This document shows positions 39,172 to 51,720 of a stretch of DNA of 64,000 bases, one piece after another (position 1 is the first letter of the stretch; each line of letters opens with the position of its first letter). The notes under the pieces are model-generated. The model was not told the DNA's origin, searched no databases, and saw only the letters and a list, made by a program, of their open reading frames with translations. This stretch comes from a bacterium (GTDB lineage Bacteria; UBA8248), in contig OZ241326.1 in the NCBI GenBank assembly GCA_965199855.1, forward strand, positions 1 to 64,000, written 5' to 3'. Made by a program: the position numbers and the translations under genes.

Positions 39172-41196
39172 TTAGCGGAAAAGGTATGCGCTCAGCATCA
39201 CGAAGACGCCCAGAAGCATGACGAAGAGATAGTTCTGCACCATGCCCGACTGAATGTATTTGAACACCTGGGAGAAGAAGCGGACGAAGCTCGCCGCGCC
39301 GTTCACCGCCCCGTCCACGGTGCGCAGGTCGAAGAAGCCGGAAAAGCGGCTCGTCACGACGGTGACGAGCGAGCTGCCGTTCACCGCCCCGTCCACCACC
39401 CTGGCGTCGAACGACCACAGGGCGCGCATGAGCCTGTAGATCGGCTCGACGACGCAGGCCTGGTAGATCTCGTCCACGTGGTATTTGCCCAGCAGGAGGC
39501 GGTAGAGGCCCGGCATCCGCCCGGCGAGGCGGTCCGGCGCCTCCGCGTCCTTCACGTACATCCGCCAGGCGAGGGCGATGCCGCCCGCGGCGATGAGAAT
39601 CGCCAGGACGATGAGCATGATCGCCGCAGGCCCCCCGTGCCCGCCGCCCCCGGCCGCCGCGGGCATCAGGCGCGCGCCGCCCTCCATGGCGTGGCCGCCG
39701 GCGGGCAGCTTCGCCAGCGAGGGGGCGAGGAAGCGGTGTATCCAGCCGGCCTCGGGCGGAAAGCCGGGAACCGCGCCGCCGACCACGCTGAGCGCCGCCA
39801 GGACGACGAGCGGGACGGTCATGCTGGCGGGCGACTCGTGAATGTGCTTGCGGGCGCGCGGGTCCGCCCGCGTCTCGCCGTGAAACGTCATGAAGACGAG
39901 GCGGAACATGTAGAAGGCCGTCATGAACGCGGCGGCGCTGCCCAGAATCCAGACCGCGTAGTGGCCCGTGAAGAAGGCGTTCGCCAGAATCTCGTCCTTG
40001 CTCCAGAAGCCCGCCAGCGGCGGGACGCCCGCGATGGCGAGGGCGCCGACGAGGAACGTCCAGTAGGTCACCGGCATCTTCGCCTTCAGGCCGCCCATGA
40101 AGCGCATGTCCTGCCGCTGGGCCTCGGGCGCGTGGTGAAGCGCGTGGATGACGCTGCCGCTGCCCAGAAAGAGCAGGCCCTTGAAGAAGGCGTGGGTCAT
40201 CAGATGGAAGACGCCGGCGGCGAAGGCGCCCACCCCCAGCGCCATGAACATGAAGCCCAGCTGGCTCACCGTGCTGTAGGCGAGCACGCGCTTGATGTCG
40301 TTCTGCGCCAGGCCGATGGTGGCGGCGAAAAAGCCCGTCAGCGCGCCCACGACGGCGATGACCTCGAGCGCGCCGGGCCCCATGACGTAGATGGGGCTCG
40401 CGCGGGCGACCATATAGACGCCCGCCGTCACCATGGTGGCGGCGTGGATGAGGGCGCTCACCGGGGTGGGGCCCTCCATCGCGTCCGGAAGCCAGACGTA
40501 GAGCGGAATCTGCGCGCTCTTGCCCGCCGCCCCCACGAACAGCAGGAGGCCGATGGCCGTCGCCCCCGCCGCGCCCAGCCCGGGCGCCGCCTCGAAGACC
40601 TCCGCGTAGGTGAGGCTCCCCGTCAGCGTCCAGATGAGGAACACGCCGAGCAGGAAGCCGGCGTCGCCGACGCGGTTGACGATGAACGCCTTCTTGCCGG
40701 CGTCGGAGGCGGAGCGCTTCTCGAACCAGAAGCCGATGAGGAGGTAGCTGCACAGCCCCACGCCCTCCCAGCCCACGAACATGACGAGGAAGTTGTCCCC
40801 CAGCACCAGGAGGAACATCGAGAGCATGAAGAGGTTGAGATAGGCGAAGAAGCGCGGGTAGCCGGGGTCGCCGCGCATGTAGCCCACCGAATAGACGTGC
40901 ACGAGAAAGCCCACGCCCGCCACCACCAGCAGCATGATGACGCTCAGGGGGTCGATGAGGAAGCTCATCGGCGCCTTCAGGCTTCCGGCCTCCACCCACG
41001 TCCACAGCGGCAGGGTGCGGCTGCCGCCCGCGCCGAGGATCATCTCGAAGGCGACGCCCAGGACGACCAGGAGCGAGAGGCCCGCCATGAGGGAGGCCAG
41101 GGGGCCCGACTTCTCGCCCAGAAGCCTGCCGAAGAAGCCGTTGATCAGCGCCCCGATCGCCGGAAAAACGGGAATGAGCCACGCCAGTTCGATCAT
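39172..41196 (-). CDS. nuoL: NADH-quinone oxidoreductase subunit L (operon 2)
   Basis: GWEGVGLCSYLLIGFW, GKSAQIPLYVWLPDAMEGPTPVSALIHAATMV, THAFFK. Confidence 0.93.
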   Translation of the reverse strand: MIELAWLIPVFPAIGALINGFFGRLLGEKSGPLASLMAGLSLLVVLGVAFEMILGAGGSRTLPLWTWVEAGSLKAPMSFLIDPLSVIMLLVVAGVGFLVHVYSVGYMRGDPGYPRFFAYLNLFMLSMFLLVLGDNFLVMFVGWEGVGLCSYLLIGFWFEKRSASDAGKKAFIVNRVGDAGFLLGVFLIWTLTGSLTYAEVFEAAPGLGAAGATAIGLLLFVGAAGKSAQIPLYVWLPDAMEGPTPVSALIHAATMVTAGVYMVARASPIYVMGPGALEVIAVVGALTGFFAATIGLAQNDIKRVLAYSTVSQLGFMFMALGVGAFAAGVFHLMTHAFFKGLLFLGSGSVIHALHHAPEAQRQDMRFMGGLKAKMPVTYWTFLVGALAIAGVPPLAGFWSKDEILANAFFTGHYAVWILGSAAAFMTAFYMFRLVFMTFHGETRADPRARKHIHESPASMTVPLVVLAALSVVGGAVPGFPPEAGWIHRFLAPSLAKLPAGGHAMEGGARLMPAAAGGGGHGGPAAIMLIVLAILIAAGGIALAWRMYVKDAEAPDRLAGRMPGLYRLLLGKYHVDEIYQACVVEPIYRLMRALWSFDARVVDGAVNGSSLVTVVTSRFSGFFDLRTVDGAVNGAASFVRFFSQVFKYIQSGMVQNYLFVMLLGVFVMLSAYLFR

Positions 41197-41203
41197 GATC
41201 GCC

Positions 41204-41506
41204 CTACCACTTCAAGAGGTTGACTTCGTCCACGTTCACCATCGCGCGGTCGCGGTTCAGCGCGATGAGAATCGCCAGGCCGACCGCCGCCTCGCACGCC
41301 GCCACGGTGATGACGAAGATGGCGAACACCTGGCCCGTCATGTCCCCCAGGTGGCGCGAGAAGCCCACGAAGGTCACGTTCACCGCGTTGAGCATCAGCT
41401 CGATGGACAGCAGGATGATGATGGCGTTTCGGCGCATCAGCACGCCCGCCGCGCCGATGAGGAACAGGACGGCTCCCAGGGCGAGAAAATGGGTCATCGG
41501 TATCAT
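41204..41506 (-). CDS. nuoK: NADH-quinone oxidoreductase subunit K (operon 2)
   Basis: [28 protein letters not shown]. Confidence 0.93.
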   Translation of the reverse strand: MIPMTHFLALGAVLFLIGAAGVLMRRNAIIILLSIELMLNAVNVTFVGFSRHLGDMTGQVFAIFVITVAACEAAVGLAILIALNRDRAMVNVDEVNLLKW

Positions 41507-41522
41507 CGCTTCTCTCTCCGCG

Positions 41523-42032
41523 CTATCGCTCTATCTCGCGCTTCGCCAGGACGATGGCGCCGATCATCGCGGCCAGCAGGAGGACGGAAGCGACCTCGAA
41601 GGGGAACAGGAACTTCGTGTACAGGACGGCGCCGAGCGCCTCGACGTTGCCGGGCGTGGCGCCCAGCGGCCAGTCCCACGCCTTCGGCGCCCCGAAGCGC
41701 GCCTCCCCCAGCACCGCCCATATCTCCAGCCCCAGGAGGGCGGCCGCGGCGAGCGCAAGAGCGCCCTGGCGGTGCCACTGCCGCATCCGCACGGCGACCT
41801 CCACGTTCATCAGCATGATCGAGAACAGATACAGCACCATGATGCCGCCCGCGTAGAGGAGCACCTGCACCGCCGCCAGAAACTCCGCCCCCGCCAGCAC
41901 GAACACGCCCGCGAGGAAGAAGAAGGTCATCACCAGCAACAGCGCCGCGTGAATGACGTTCGCGCGCGTGATCATCAGCAGGGAGGTGAGAATCGTCCCG
42001 CCGGCGAACAGATAAAAGAAATACAGCTCCAC
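41523..42032 (-). CDS. nuoJ: NADH-quinone oxidoreductase subunit J (operon 2)
   Basis: [35 protein letters not shown]. Confidence 0.92.
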   Translation of the reverse strand: MELYFFYLFAGGTILTSLLMITRANVIHAALLLVMTFFFLAGVFVLAGAEFLAAVQVLLYAGGIMVLYLFSIMLMNVEVAVRMRQWHRQGALALAAAALLGLEIWAVLGEARFGAPKAWDWPLGATPGNVEALGAVLYTKFLFPFEVASVLLLAAMIGAIVLAKREIER

Positions 42033-42053
42033 CTTGCGCCTCTCCCACGCGGG

Positions 42054-43019
42054 CTACAGGAACAGATACTTGAGGAATCCCGTCAGGAAAATGTTGATCA
42101 TCACGAGCGGGAACATGAACTTCCAGCCCACCCGCATGAGCTGATCGTAGCGGTAGCGCGGCAGCGTCGCGCGCAGCCAGATGAACACGAAGATCATCGC
42201 GGCCAGCTTGAGCAGATACCAGACGAAGCCGGGCAGGGGGATGAAGTCCGGCCCCTCCCAGCCGCCGAAGAACAGCGTGACGCCCACCGTGGAGACGACC
42301 ATGATGTTCGCGTATTCCGCCAGGAAGAAGAGGGCGAACTTCATCCCGCTGTATTCGGTGTGAAAGCCCGCCACCAGCTCGGTCTCCGCCTCGGGCAGGT
42401 CGAAGGGCACCCGGTTCGTCTCGGCGAGGGCGGCGATGAAGAAGACGATGAACGCGATGGGCTGGTAGAACACGAACCAGACGTCGCTCTGCGCCCGCAC
42501 GATCTCCTGCATGTTCAGGGAGCCGGCGAGCATGAGCGGCCCGATGACGGAGAAGCCGAGGAAAATCTCGTAGCTCAGCATCTGCGCCGCGCTCCGCAGC
42601 GCGCCCAGAAGCGAGTATTTGCTGTTCGAGGCCCAGCCCGCCATCACGATGCCGAACACGCCGAGGGAGCTGATCGCCAGGATGAAGAACAGCCCGATGT
42701 TCACCTGCGTGATGTAGAACGTCGCGCTGAAGGGCAACACCGAATAGACGACGAAGGCGGGCACCAGCACGATGACGGGGGCGAGGACGAACACGACCCG
42801 ATCCGCCTTGTCGGGGATGATGTCCTCCTTCAGGAACAGCTTCAGCCCGTCGGCTATCGGCTGGAGCAGGCCGTGCCAGCCCACGCGCATGGGGCCCATC
42901 CGCAGCTGGATGTGCGCGATGACCTTGCGCTCGACGTAGGTCAGATACGCCACGACGAGCTGCACCACGTTCAGCACGATGAATATCTTGATCGCGGCGA
43001 CCGCGATTTCGAGTCCCAT
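42054..43019 (-). CDS. nuoH: NADH-quinone oxidoreductase subunit H (operon 2)
   Basis: [49 protein letters not shown]. Confidence 0.95.
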   Translation of the reverse strand: MGLEIAVAAIKIFIVLNVVQLVVAYLTYVERKVIAHIQLRMGPMRVGWHGLLQPIADGLKLFLKEDIIPDKADRVVFVLAPVIVLVPAFVVYSVLPFSATFYITQVNIGLFFILAISSLGVFGIVMAGWASNSKYSLLGALRSAAQMLSYEIFLGFSVIGPLMLAGSLNMQEIVRAQSDVWFVFYQPIAFIVFFIAALAETNRVPFDLPEAETELVAGFHTEYSGMKFALFFLAEYANIMVVSTVGVTLFFGGWEGPDFIPLPGFVWYLLKLAAMIFVFIWLRATLPRYRYDQLMRVGWKFMFPLVMINIFLTGFLKYLFL

Positions 43020-43037
43020 GTCCAGGCGCCCCGCTCC

Positions 43038-44180
43038 CTAGCGATCGCACTCGCCGAGCACGATGTCGATGCTCCCGATGATGGCCACCACGTCCGCCAC
43101 CAGCTGCCCGACGCACAGCTTCTTCAGCCCGCCCAGGTTGATGAACGAGGGCGGCCGGATGCGGACGCGGTAGGGCGTCTCCGTGCCGTCGCTCACGACG
43201 TAGAAGCCGAATTCGCCCTTGGGGTTCTCGATGCTGTGGTAGATCTCGCCCGCGGGCGGCTTGATGGTGCGGGGCGTCTTGCAGCTCACGGGCCCGCCGG
43301 GAAGCTGCGCGAGGCACTGCTGGATGATGCGGGTGCTCTGGCGCATCTCCTCCACGCGCACGAGGTAGCGGTCGTAGATGTCGCCGTTCTCCCCGACGGG
43401 CACCACGAAGTCGAGATAGGGATACGCCGCGTAGGGCTTGGCGCGCCTCAGGTCCCACCGCACGCCGCTGCCCCGGATGATGGGGCCGGTGAGGCCCAGA
43501 TCCATCGCGTCCTCGCCGGAGATGACGCCCACCCCGCGCGTCCTCTGGAGCCAGATGCGGTTGTTCGTGAGCAGGGTCTCGTAGTCGTCGATGCGGCTCG
43601 GGAAGACGTCGGCGAACTCCTGGGCGAGGCGCAGGAACTTCTCCGGCACGTCCTCGTGCAGCCCCCCGAGGCGGAAGGCGTTGACCGTGAGGCGGCCGCC
43701 GAAGGCGGTCTCGAACAGGTCGAGCACCGCCTCGCGCTCCCGGAAGCACCACAGGAACACCGTCATCGCCCCGATGTCCAGGGCGTGCGTGGCGAGCCAG
43801 AGCAGGTGGCTGGCGACGCGGGAGAGCTCCCCCACCATCGATCGGACGTATTGCGCCCGCAGGGGAATCTCCCAGTCGAAGAACTTCTCGACGGCCGTCA
43901 CCCACGCCAGGTTGTTCGAGGGAGCGGCGATGTAGTCGAGGCGATCCGTGTAGGGGATGAACATCGTGTAGGTGATGTTCTCGCCGATCTTCTCCGTGCC
44001 CCGGTGCAGGTAGCCGATGTCGCAGTCGAGGTCGTTCACCGTCTCGCCGTCGAGCTTCAGGATGACCCGCAGCACCCCGTGCGTGCTCGGGTGCTGGGGG
44101 CCCATGTTGATGACGAGCTCCTCCGTCCCGCGCAGGGTGCTCTGCCGCTCGATGCGGGACGTATCCGCCGCGCCGACCAT
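43038..44180 (-). CDS. nuoD: NADH-quinone oxidoreductase subunit D (operon 2)
   Basis: NMGPQHPSTHGVLR, GYLHRGTEK, DRLDY, ENPKGE, SIDIVLGECDR; no NiFe CxxC motifs. Confidence 0.93.
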   Translation of the reverse strand: MVGAADTSRIERQSTLRGTEELVINMGPQHPSTHGVLRVILKLDGETVNDLDCDIGYLHRGTEKIGENITYTMFIPYTDRLDYIAAPSNNLAWVTAVEKFFDWEIPLRAQYVRSMVGELSRVASHLLWLATHALDIGAMTVFLWCFREREAVLDLFETAFGGRLTVNAFRLGGLHEDVPEKFLRLAQEFADVFPSRIDDYETLLTNNRIWLQRTRGVGVISGEDAMDLGLTGPIIRGSGVRWDLRRAKPYAAYPYLDFVVPVGENGDIYDRYLVRVEEMRQSTRIIQQCLAQLPGGPVSCKTPRTIKPPAGEIYHSIENPKGEFGFYVVSDGTETPYRVRIRPPSFINLGGLKKLCVGQLVADVVAIIGSIDIVLGECDR

Positions 44181-44211
44181 ATTTCCCCGCTCCCTCAAGC
44201 GCCCCGCCGCG

Positions 44212-44799
44212 CTACTCGCCGATTTCCTTGCGCGCGGGCTTCTCGTAGATTCGCTCCCCCCTGCCCTCCAGGGGGTAGTCCTTCCGCATCGGGTGGCCGC
44301 CCCAGTCGTCGGGCAGGAGGATGCGCCTCAGGTCGGGATGCCCCTCGAACCCGATCCCGAACAGGTCGTAGACCTCGCGCTCCATCCAGTCCGCGCTGCT
44401 CCACACGCCGGAGACCGTCGGGACGGCCTGGCCCTCCCGGAGCCTCACCCTGAGGCGAAGCCTGCGGTTGTGCTCGAAGCTGTAGAGGTGGTAGAGCGCC
44501 TCGAAGGGACGCTCCGCCTCCGGGTAGTGCGCCGCCGTCATGTCCGTGAGCAGGGCGAAGCGCGCGTCCGGGTGATCGCGCAGACGCTCCGCCGCGCGAA
44601 CCAGGACATCCGCCTCCAGCGCGAAGGTCGCCTCGTCCTCCTCGTCCCGATAGGCGCTCCGCTCCAGCACGGCGCCCGGAAGCGCCGCCTCGAGCAGCTC
44701 CTTCAGGTCCTCGCCGGGCGGGGGCTTCGCCGCCTCCGCGGCCCCGGAGTCCGGCGCGCCGCTCCCCCCCTCGCTGCTTTCCGCTGCTTCGTCCGGCAT
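44212..44799 (-). CDS. nuoC: NADH-quinone oxidoreductase subunit C (operon 2)
   Basis: WMEREVYDLFGIGFEGHPDLRRIL, GHPMRKDYP; start MPDEAAE at 44799. Confidence 0.92.
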   Translation of the reverse strand: MPDEAAESSEGGSGAPDSGAAEAAKPPPGEDLKELLEAALPGAVLERSAYRDEEDEATFALEADVLVRAAERLRDHPDARFALLTDMTAAHYPEAERPFEALYHLYSFEHNRRLRLRVRLREGQAVPTVSGVWSSADWMEREVYDLFGIGFEGHPDLRRILLPDDWGGHPMRKDYPLEGRGERIYEKPARKEIGE

Positions 44800-44825
44800 C
44801 TTCTTCCCTTGCCTGCCGCAGGAGC

Positions 44826-45302
44826 CTATCTGCGGACGTATTTTTCCCGCTCGATCTTCTTCTGGAGCTGCATGACGCCCCACATCAGCGATTCGGGCCT
44901 GGGCGGGCAGCCCGGCACGTAGACGTCCACCGGGATGATTTCATCCACCCCCTGCATCACCGCGTAGTTCGCGTAGGGCCCGCCGCAGGTGGCGCAGTTT
45001 CCCATGGCGATCACCCAGCGCGGCTCGGGCATCTGGTCATAGACCTTGCGGATCGCGTCCCCCATCTTGTGGGTTACCGTCCCCGCCACGATGATCACGT
45101 CCGACTGGCGCGGCGTGGCGCGGAAGATGACGCCGAAGCGGTCGAAGTCGTAGCGCGCGGCGCCCGACGCCATCATCTCGATGGCGCAGCAGGCGAGGCC
45201 GAAGGTCATCGGCCAGAGCGCGCTCTTCCGCGCCCAGGCGACCAGGCTGTCCACTTTCGAGGTGATGAAGTTGTCGCTGAACCTTCCCTCGACTAGGCCC
45301 AC
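44826..45302 (-). CDS. nuoB: NADH-quinone oxidoreductase subunit B (operon 2)
   Basis: [27 protein letters not shown] (N2 ligands); GTG start at 45302. Confidence 0.93.
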   Translation of the reverse strand: MGLVEGRFSDNFITSKVDSLVAWARKSALWPMTFGLACCAIEMMASGAARYDFDRFGVIFRATPRQSDVIIVAGTVTHKMGDAIRKVYDQMPEPRWVIAMGNCATCGGPYANYAVMQGVDEIIPVDVYVPGCPPRPESLMWGVMQLQKKIEREKYVRR

Positions 45303-45685
45303 TCCAGCGCTCCTTTTCTCCAGGCGTAGAAATACCCGACCAGGAGGATGGCGATGAACAGCATCATCTCGATGAACCCGAACAGCCCGAGGGCGTCGTA
45401 GCGCACCGCCCAGGGAAACAGGAACAGGGCCTCGACGTCGAAGAGCAGGAACAGGATGCCCAGCAGGTAGAAGCGGATGGAGAAGCGCTCGTGCGCCTCC
45501 ATGAGCGGGGGCATCCCGCACTCGTAGGGGGAGTTCTTCTCCGCGTCCGGCGCGTGCGGACGGACGAGGAGCGCGAGGATGAGGACGCTCGCGGCGAAGG
45601 CGAACGCCATGAGCGTGAACAGGAAGATGGGAACATACGGGTTGATGGCCTCGTAGTCCCTGAAGAAAGCGCCCACGATGTCCAT
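45293..45685 (-). CDS. nuoA: NADH-quinone oxidoreductase subunit A (operon 2)
   Basis: [28 protein letters not shown]. Confidence 0.92.
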   Translation of the reverse strand: MDIVGAFFRDYEAINPYVPIFLFTLMAFAFAASVLILALLVRPHAPDAEKNSPYECGMPPLMEAHERFSIRFYLLGILFLLFDVEALFLFPWAVRYDALGLFGFIEMMLFIAILLVGYFYAWRKGALEWA

Positions 45686-45808
45686 TCGGGCTCCCCCAAA
45701 AGCCGCCGCCGGGAAAGCGGCGCGAAACCGCCCGGCGCGCCGCGCCGGAGAGGGCCGCTCCCCCGAAAACCCCGCAACCAAAGCCTGACGCCGGACGAAT
45801 CGCCATGC

Positions 45809-45838
45809 CTTATATCACGGCGCCGACCGAAAAACCAA
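45809..45838 (-). promoter_or_regulatory. Possible internal promoter for nuo operon 2
   Basis: Minus strand TTGGTT-18 nt-TATAAG with an extended -10 TG (TGATATAAG), in the ~165-bp gap between nuoN1 and nuoA2. Confidence 0.4.
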
Positions 45839-45849
45839 CCCCTGGGGGG

Positions 45850-47328
45850 TCAGTTAAGAAAGACGGCGGAGCGGTGGGCGAAATCCAGCGCCGGGGAGGG
45901 GAAAATCCCCAGCTGGAGCGCGCCCGCGGCGGCGGCGAGCAGCGCCGCGGCGCCATACGACCAGCCCGGATGCGGGCGGCGCCCCGCCGCCCTCCCTTCG
46001 GGTTCGCGCATATACATCGCCACGACGACCCGCAGATAGTAGAACGCGGCAACCACGCTGTTGAGCGCGGCTATCACGGCGAGCCAGAGGTATCCCCCCT
46101 TCACGGCCGCGCCGAACACCTGGAACTTCGCGACGAACCCCCCGGTGGGCGGCAGGCCCGAGAGCGAGACCATGAACACGGCCATCGCCGCCGCCAGCCC
46201 CGGCCGCAGGGAGGCCAGCCCCGCCAGATCGTCGAGCCGCGCCTCGCCGCCCTCCTTCTCGTTCGAGAGGGCGACGAGGACGCAGAAGGCGCCCATGTTC
46301 ATGAAGGCGTAGACGAGCATGTAGTAGAGGAATCCGCTCGCCGCCGGCGCGGGGCTCGAGCGCGAGGCCACGAGCGCGACCATGAGGTAGCCCGCGTGGG
46401 CGACGCTGGAGTAGGCGAGCATCCGCTTCACGCGCGACTGCCGGAGGGCGACGAGGTTCGCCAGGGTCATCGTGAGGGCGGCCATGACCCACAAAACCGC
46501 CTCGATGTGCTCGCCGGCGGCCTCCGTGGAGAGAAAGACACGGAAGAACGCGGCGAAGGCCGCCGCCTTGGGGCCCACGGACATGAACGCCGCCGCCGCC
46601 GTGGGCGCGCCCTCGTACACGTCCGGCGTCCACATGTAGAAGGGAGCGGCGGCCACCTTGAAGCCCAGGCCCGCCACCATGAAGCCCATGCCCAGCGAGA
46701 AGGCGGCGCCTCCCGAGGCGGGGTTCGAGCGAAGCCGCCCGGCGATCTCCGCCAGATCGATGGAGCCCGTGGCGCCATAGACGAGCGCCATGCCGTAGAG
46801 CAGGAAGCCCGAGGCGAACGCGCCCAGGAGGAAATACTTGAGCGCCGCCTCGTTGCCCTCCGGGCGCGCGCGCAGATAGCCCGCCATGACGTAGAGCGAG
46901 AGCGAGAACACCTCGAGCCCCACGAATATCATCAGCAGGCTGCGCGTCGCCGCCATGAGCATCATGCCGGAGGTGGCGAAGAGGATGAGGCCGAAATACT
47001 CGCCCGCCGGCGCGTCGTCGAGCTCCCGCTGGGCGGCGGCGATGAGCGCGGCGAGGACGCTCGCCGCCAGGATGACGACGAACACGAACCGCGTGAACCC
47101 GTCGAAGAGGTACATCCCGCCGAAGGAGGCGGCGCGCCCCGGAATCGCCGGCGCGGCGAGCGCCGCGGCGAGGGCGGCGGCGAGCGCGGCCAGCGTGATG
47201 GCGACGATGACGGCGCGCCCGCCCCGGGGGAAGAAGGCGTCCCACATGAGCGCCAGCACCGCACCGCCCGCCGTCAGAAGCACCGGCAGCAGGCAGTCCC
47301 AGTGGATGACGGGATAGGCGACGTCCAA
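45850..47328 (-). CDS. nuoN: NADH-quinone oxidoreductase subunit N (operon 1)
   Basis: EAALKYFLLGAFAS, FKVAAAPFYMWTPDVYEGAP, KRMLAYSSVAHAGY; TTG start at 47328. Confidence 0.92.
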   Translation of the reverse strand: MDVAYPVIHWDCLLPVLLTAGGAVLALMWDAFFPRGGRAVIVAITLAALAAALAAALAAPAIPGRAASFGGMYLFDGFTRFVFVVILAASVLAALIAAAQRELDDAPAGEYFGLILFATSGMMLMAATRSLLMIFVGLEVFSLSLYVMAGYLRARPEGNEAALKYFLLGAFASGFLLYGMALVYGATGSIDLAEIAGRLRSNPASGGAAFSLGMGFMVAGLGFKVAAAPFYMWTPDVYEGAPTAAAAFMSVGPKAAAFAAFFRVFLSTEAAGEHIEAVLWVMAALTMTLANLVALRQSRVKRMLAYSSVAHAGYLMVALVASRSSPAPAASGFLYYMLVYAFMNMGAFCVLVALSNEKEGGEARLDDLAGLASLRPGLAAAMAVFMVSLSGLPPTGGFVAKFQVFGAAVKGGYLWLAVIAALNSVVAAFYYLRVVVAMYMREPEGRAAGRRPHPGWSYGAAALLAAAAGALQLGIFPSPALDFAHRSAVFLN

Positions 47329-47330
47329 GG

Positions 47331-48884
47331 CTATCTCCCCCCGGCTTCCGGGGCGCGGGCGAGCCGGGGGAGCCTCCCCTTCGGCGCGGGCGCGTCCGCC
47401 GCGCGCGGCGCCCGCCGGCTCACCTGCGCGAGCCAGGCCTTGGCCGAGGGCTCGATGCGGTCGAACAGGGGCTTGGGGTAGAGGCCGATCCAGAACATGA
47501 GCGCCACCATCGGAAGCACGACGATCCACTCGCGCCGGCTCAGGTCGGGAAGCCCCAGGTTCGCCCGGATTCTCACCTCGCCGAAGAGGACGCGCTGGAG
47601 CATCCAGAGCATATAGACCGCCGAGAGCACCACCCCGGACGCCGCCAGGGCGGCGAACCAGGGGCTCCGCTGGAAGACGCCCAGCAGAATCGTGAACTCG
47701 CCCACGAACCCGTTGAGGCCGGGCAGGCCGATGCTGCTCAGCGCCGTGATGATGAAGACGGCGGAAAGCGCGGGCGCCACCCGGATGAGGCCGCCGAAGT
47801 CCTCGATGCGCCGCGTCCGCCGCCTCGCGTAGAGGAAGCCCACGATGAGGAAGAGCGCCCCGCTGCTGACGCCGTGGTTCACCATCTGAAGAACGCTCCC
47901 CGACGCGCCCGCAAGATTGAAGGAGAAAAGCCCCAGAATCACGAAGCCCAGGTGGCTCACCGAGGAGTAGGCGACGAGCTTCTTCACGTCGGTCTGCACC
48001 ATGGCCATGAGCGCGCCGTAGATGACGCCGACGACCGCCAGGGACATGAGGACGCCCGCGAACTCCTGCGCCGCCGCCGGGAACAGCGGCATCGCCAGCC
48101 GCATGAAGCCGTAGGCGCCCATCTTGAGGAGGACGCCGGCGAGGATGACGCTGCCCGCCGTGGGCGCCTCCACGTGGGCGTCGGGCAGCCAGGTGTGGAG
48201 CGGGAAAAGCGGCACCTTGACGGCGAAGGACGCGGCGAAGGCGGCGAACAGCCAGGGCTGGAGGGAGGCGTCCACCGGGTTCTCGAAATGCGCGAGGATG
48301 TCGAAGCCGCCCACGCCGCCCGCGAAGTGCAGCCAGAGTATCGCCACGAGCATCAGCACGCTTCCGGCCATGGTGTAGAGGAAGAACTTCATGGCCGCGT
48401 AGATCCGGCGGCTCCCGCCCCAGATTCCGATGATGAGATACATCGGAATGAGCATCCCCTCCCAGAAGACGTAGAACAGGAAGAAGTCGAGCGCGAAGAA
48501 CACGCCGAGCATCCCCGTCTCCAGGAACAGCAGGGAGGCGTAGTAGAGCCGCGTCCTGCGCCGCACGTCGTCGAAGGAGAAGAGAACGGCTACGGGGGTG
48601 AGGATGGCCGTCAGCATCACGAGCGGCAGGCTGATGCCGTCCACCCCCACCTTGTAGGAGATTCCGAGCGCGGGAATCCACGCGGCCTCCTCGACGAACT
48701 GCATCCCCGCGACGCCGGGCGCGAAGCGGGCGTACAGCGCAAGCGCGAGGGCGAGCGCGCCCAGGGAGACCGCCAGCGCGAAGACGCGCGCGCCGCCCCC
48801 CCTGCGCCCGCCCCCGGGCGCGAGGACGAGCAGCAGCCCCCCGGCCAGGGGCAGAAACAGCGTCGCGGTGATGATTCCGGGCAC
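47331..48884 (-). CDS. nuoM: NADH-quinone oxidoreductase subunit M (operon 1)
   Basis: FYVFWE, HTWLPDAHVEAPTAGS, LLKMGAYG, GLPGLNGFVGE. Confidence 0.93.
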   Translation of the reverse strand: MPGIITATLFLPLAGGLLLVLAPGGGRRGGGARVFALAVSLGALALALALYARFAPGVAGMQFVEEAAWIPALGISYKVGVDGISLPLVMLTAILTPVAVLFSFDDVRRRTRLYYASLLFLETGMLGVFFALDFFLFYVFWEGMLIPMYLIIGIWGGSRRIYAAMKFFLYTMAGSVLMLVAILWLHFAGGVGGFDILAHFENPVDASLQPWLFAAFAASFAVKVPLFPLHTWLPDAHVEAPTAGSVILAGVLLKMGAYGFMRLAMPLFPAAAQEFAGVLMSLAVVGVIYGALMAMVQTDVKKLVAYSSVSHLGFVILGLFSFNLAGASGSVLQMVNHGVSSGALFLIVGFLYARRRTRRIEDFGGLIRVAPALSAVFIITALSSIGLPGLNGFVGEFTILLGVFQRSPWFAALAASGVVLSAVYMLWMLQRVLFGEVRIRANLGLPDLSRREWIVVLPMVALMFWIGLYPKPLFDRIEPSAKAWLAQVSRRAPRAADAPAPKGRLPRLARAPEAGGR

Positions 48885-48920
48885 TCGCCCCTCACGCTCC
48901 CCGAAAGGTCGAAAAAGCCG

Positions 48921-50825
<1,905 letters not shown>

Positions 50826-50839
50826 GATTTCCCAGCTTC

Positions 50840-51142
50840 TTACAGCTTCAGCAGGTTGACTTCGTCGAGGTCGGTGGACTCGCGGTTGCGGTAGATCAGC
50901 ACCACGATGGCCAGGCCGACGGCTGCCTCGGCCGCCGCCACCGCCATCACGAAGAACACGACCATCTGCCCCGTCATCGAATCCAGAAACCGCCCGTAGG
51001 CCACGAACGCCAGGTTCGCCCCGTTCATCATCAGCTCGACGCACAGGATGACGACGATGGCGTTTCGGCGCACCACCACGCCCACGACCCCGAGGCAGAA
51101 CAGAATCGCGCTCAGAACCAGGTAGTGCTCCAGCGGCGCCAC
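50840..51142 (-). CDS. nuoK: NADH-quinone oxidoreductase subunit K (operon 1)
   Basis: [28 protein letters not shown]; GTG start at 51142. Confidence 0.92.
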   Translation of the reverse strand: MAPLEHYLVLSAILFCLGVVGVVVRRNAIVVILCVELMMNGANLAFVAYGRFLDSMTGQMVVFFVMAVAAAEAAVGLAIVVLIYRNRESTDLDEVNLLKL

Positions 51143-51156
51143 GCCCGCGCGCTCCC

Positions 51157-51675
51157 CTAGCGGCTTCGCCGCCGCGCCAGCACCACGGCACCCACGATGC
51201 CCACGAACAGCAGCACGCCCATGGCCTGAAACGGCAGGAGATAGTCCGTCAAAAGAAGATTCCCGATAATCTGCGTGTTGCCCAGCTCGCTCACGCGCCC
51301 GGGCGGGAAGCCGCCCCGCGCTCCCGTCCGGAGGGAGGCGAACAGAAACGCCTTGAGCAGCGCGCCGAACAGGACGACGCCCGCCGCGGCGCCCAGCAGC
51401 TTCTGCGCGGGCAGGCGCAGCTCCCGCTTCTCCTCCCTGTCCAGGTTGATCAGCATCACCACGAACAGGAAGAGCATCATGATCGCGCCGGCGTAGATGA
51501 TCACCTGCACGACGGCTACGAACTGCGCGTGAAGCGAGAGATAGAGGCCGGCGAGGCCCAGAAACGTCAAAATCAGCGCGAGCACGCCGTAGAGCGGGCT
51601 GGGAAGCGCGACCACCGCCGCCGCTCCCGCCGCCGTCACCGCCGCCAGAAAGTAGAAGAACGCGGAGCTCGCCAC
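51157..51675 (-). CDS. nuoJ: NADH-quinone oxidoreductase subunit J (operon 1)
   Basis: AQFVAVVQVIIYAGAIMML, YLLPFQ. Confidence 0.92.
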   Translation of the reverse strand: MASSAFFYFLAAVTAAGAAAVVALPSPLYGVLALILTFLGLAGLYLSLHAQFVAVVQVIIYAGAIMMLFLFVVMLINLDREEKRELRLPAQKLLGAAAGVVLFGALLKAFLFASLRTGARGGFPPGRVSELGNTQIIGNLLLTDYLLPFQAMGVLLFVGIVGAVVLARRRSR

Positions 51676-51720
51676 TATCGCCCGTCCTCCGGCGGGCGCG
51701 CCCCCGCCCGTCCCCGAACC

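Noticed and set aside
43038-45302. Second nuo cluster as a group 4 [NiFe]-hydrogenase (Ech/Hyc/Mbh-like)
   Set aside because: Its NuoD lacks both CxxC Ni-binding motifs and keeps GPQHPSTHG and the quinone-site Tyr (DRLDY); NuoB has the tandem CC of complex I.
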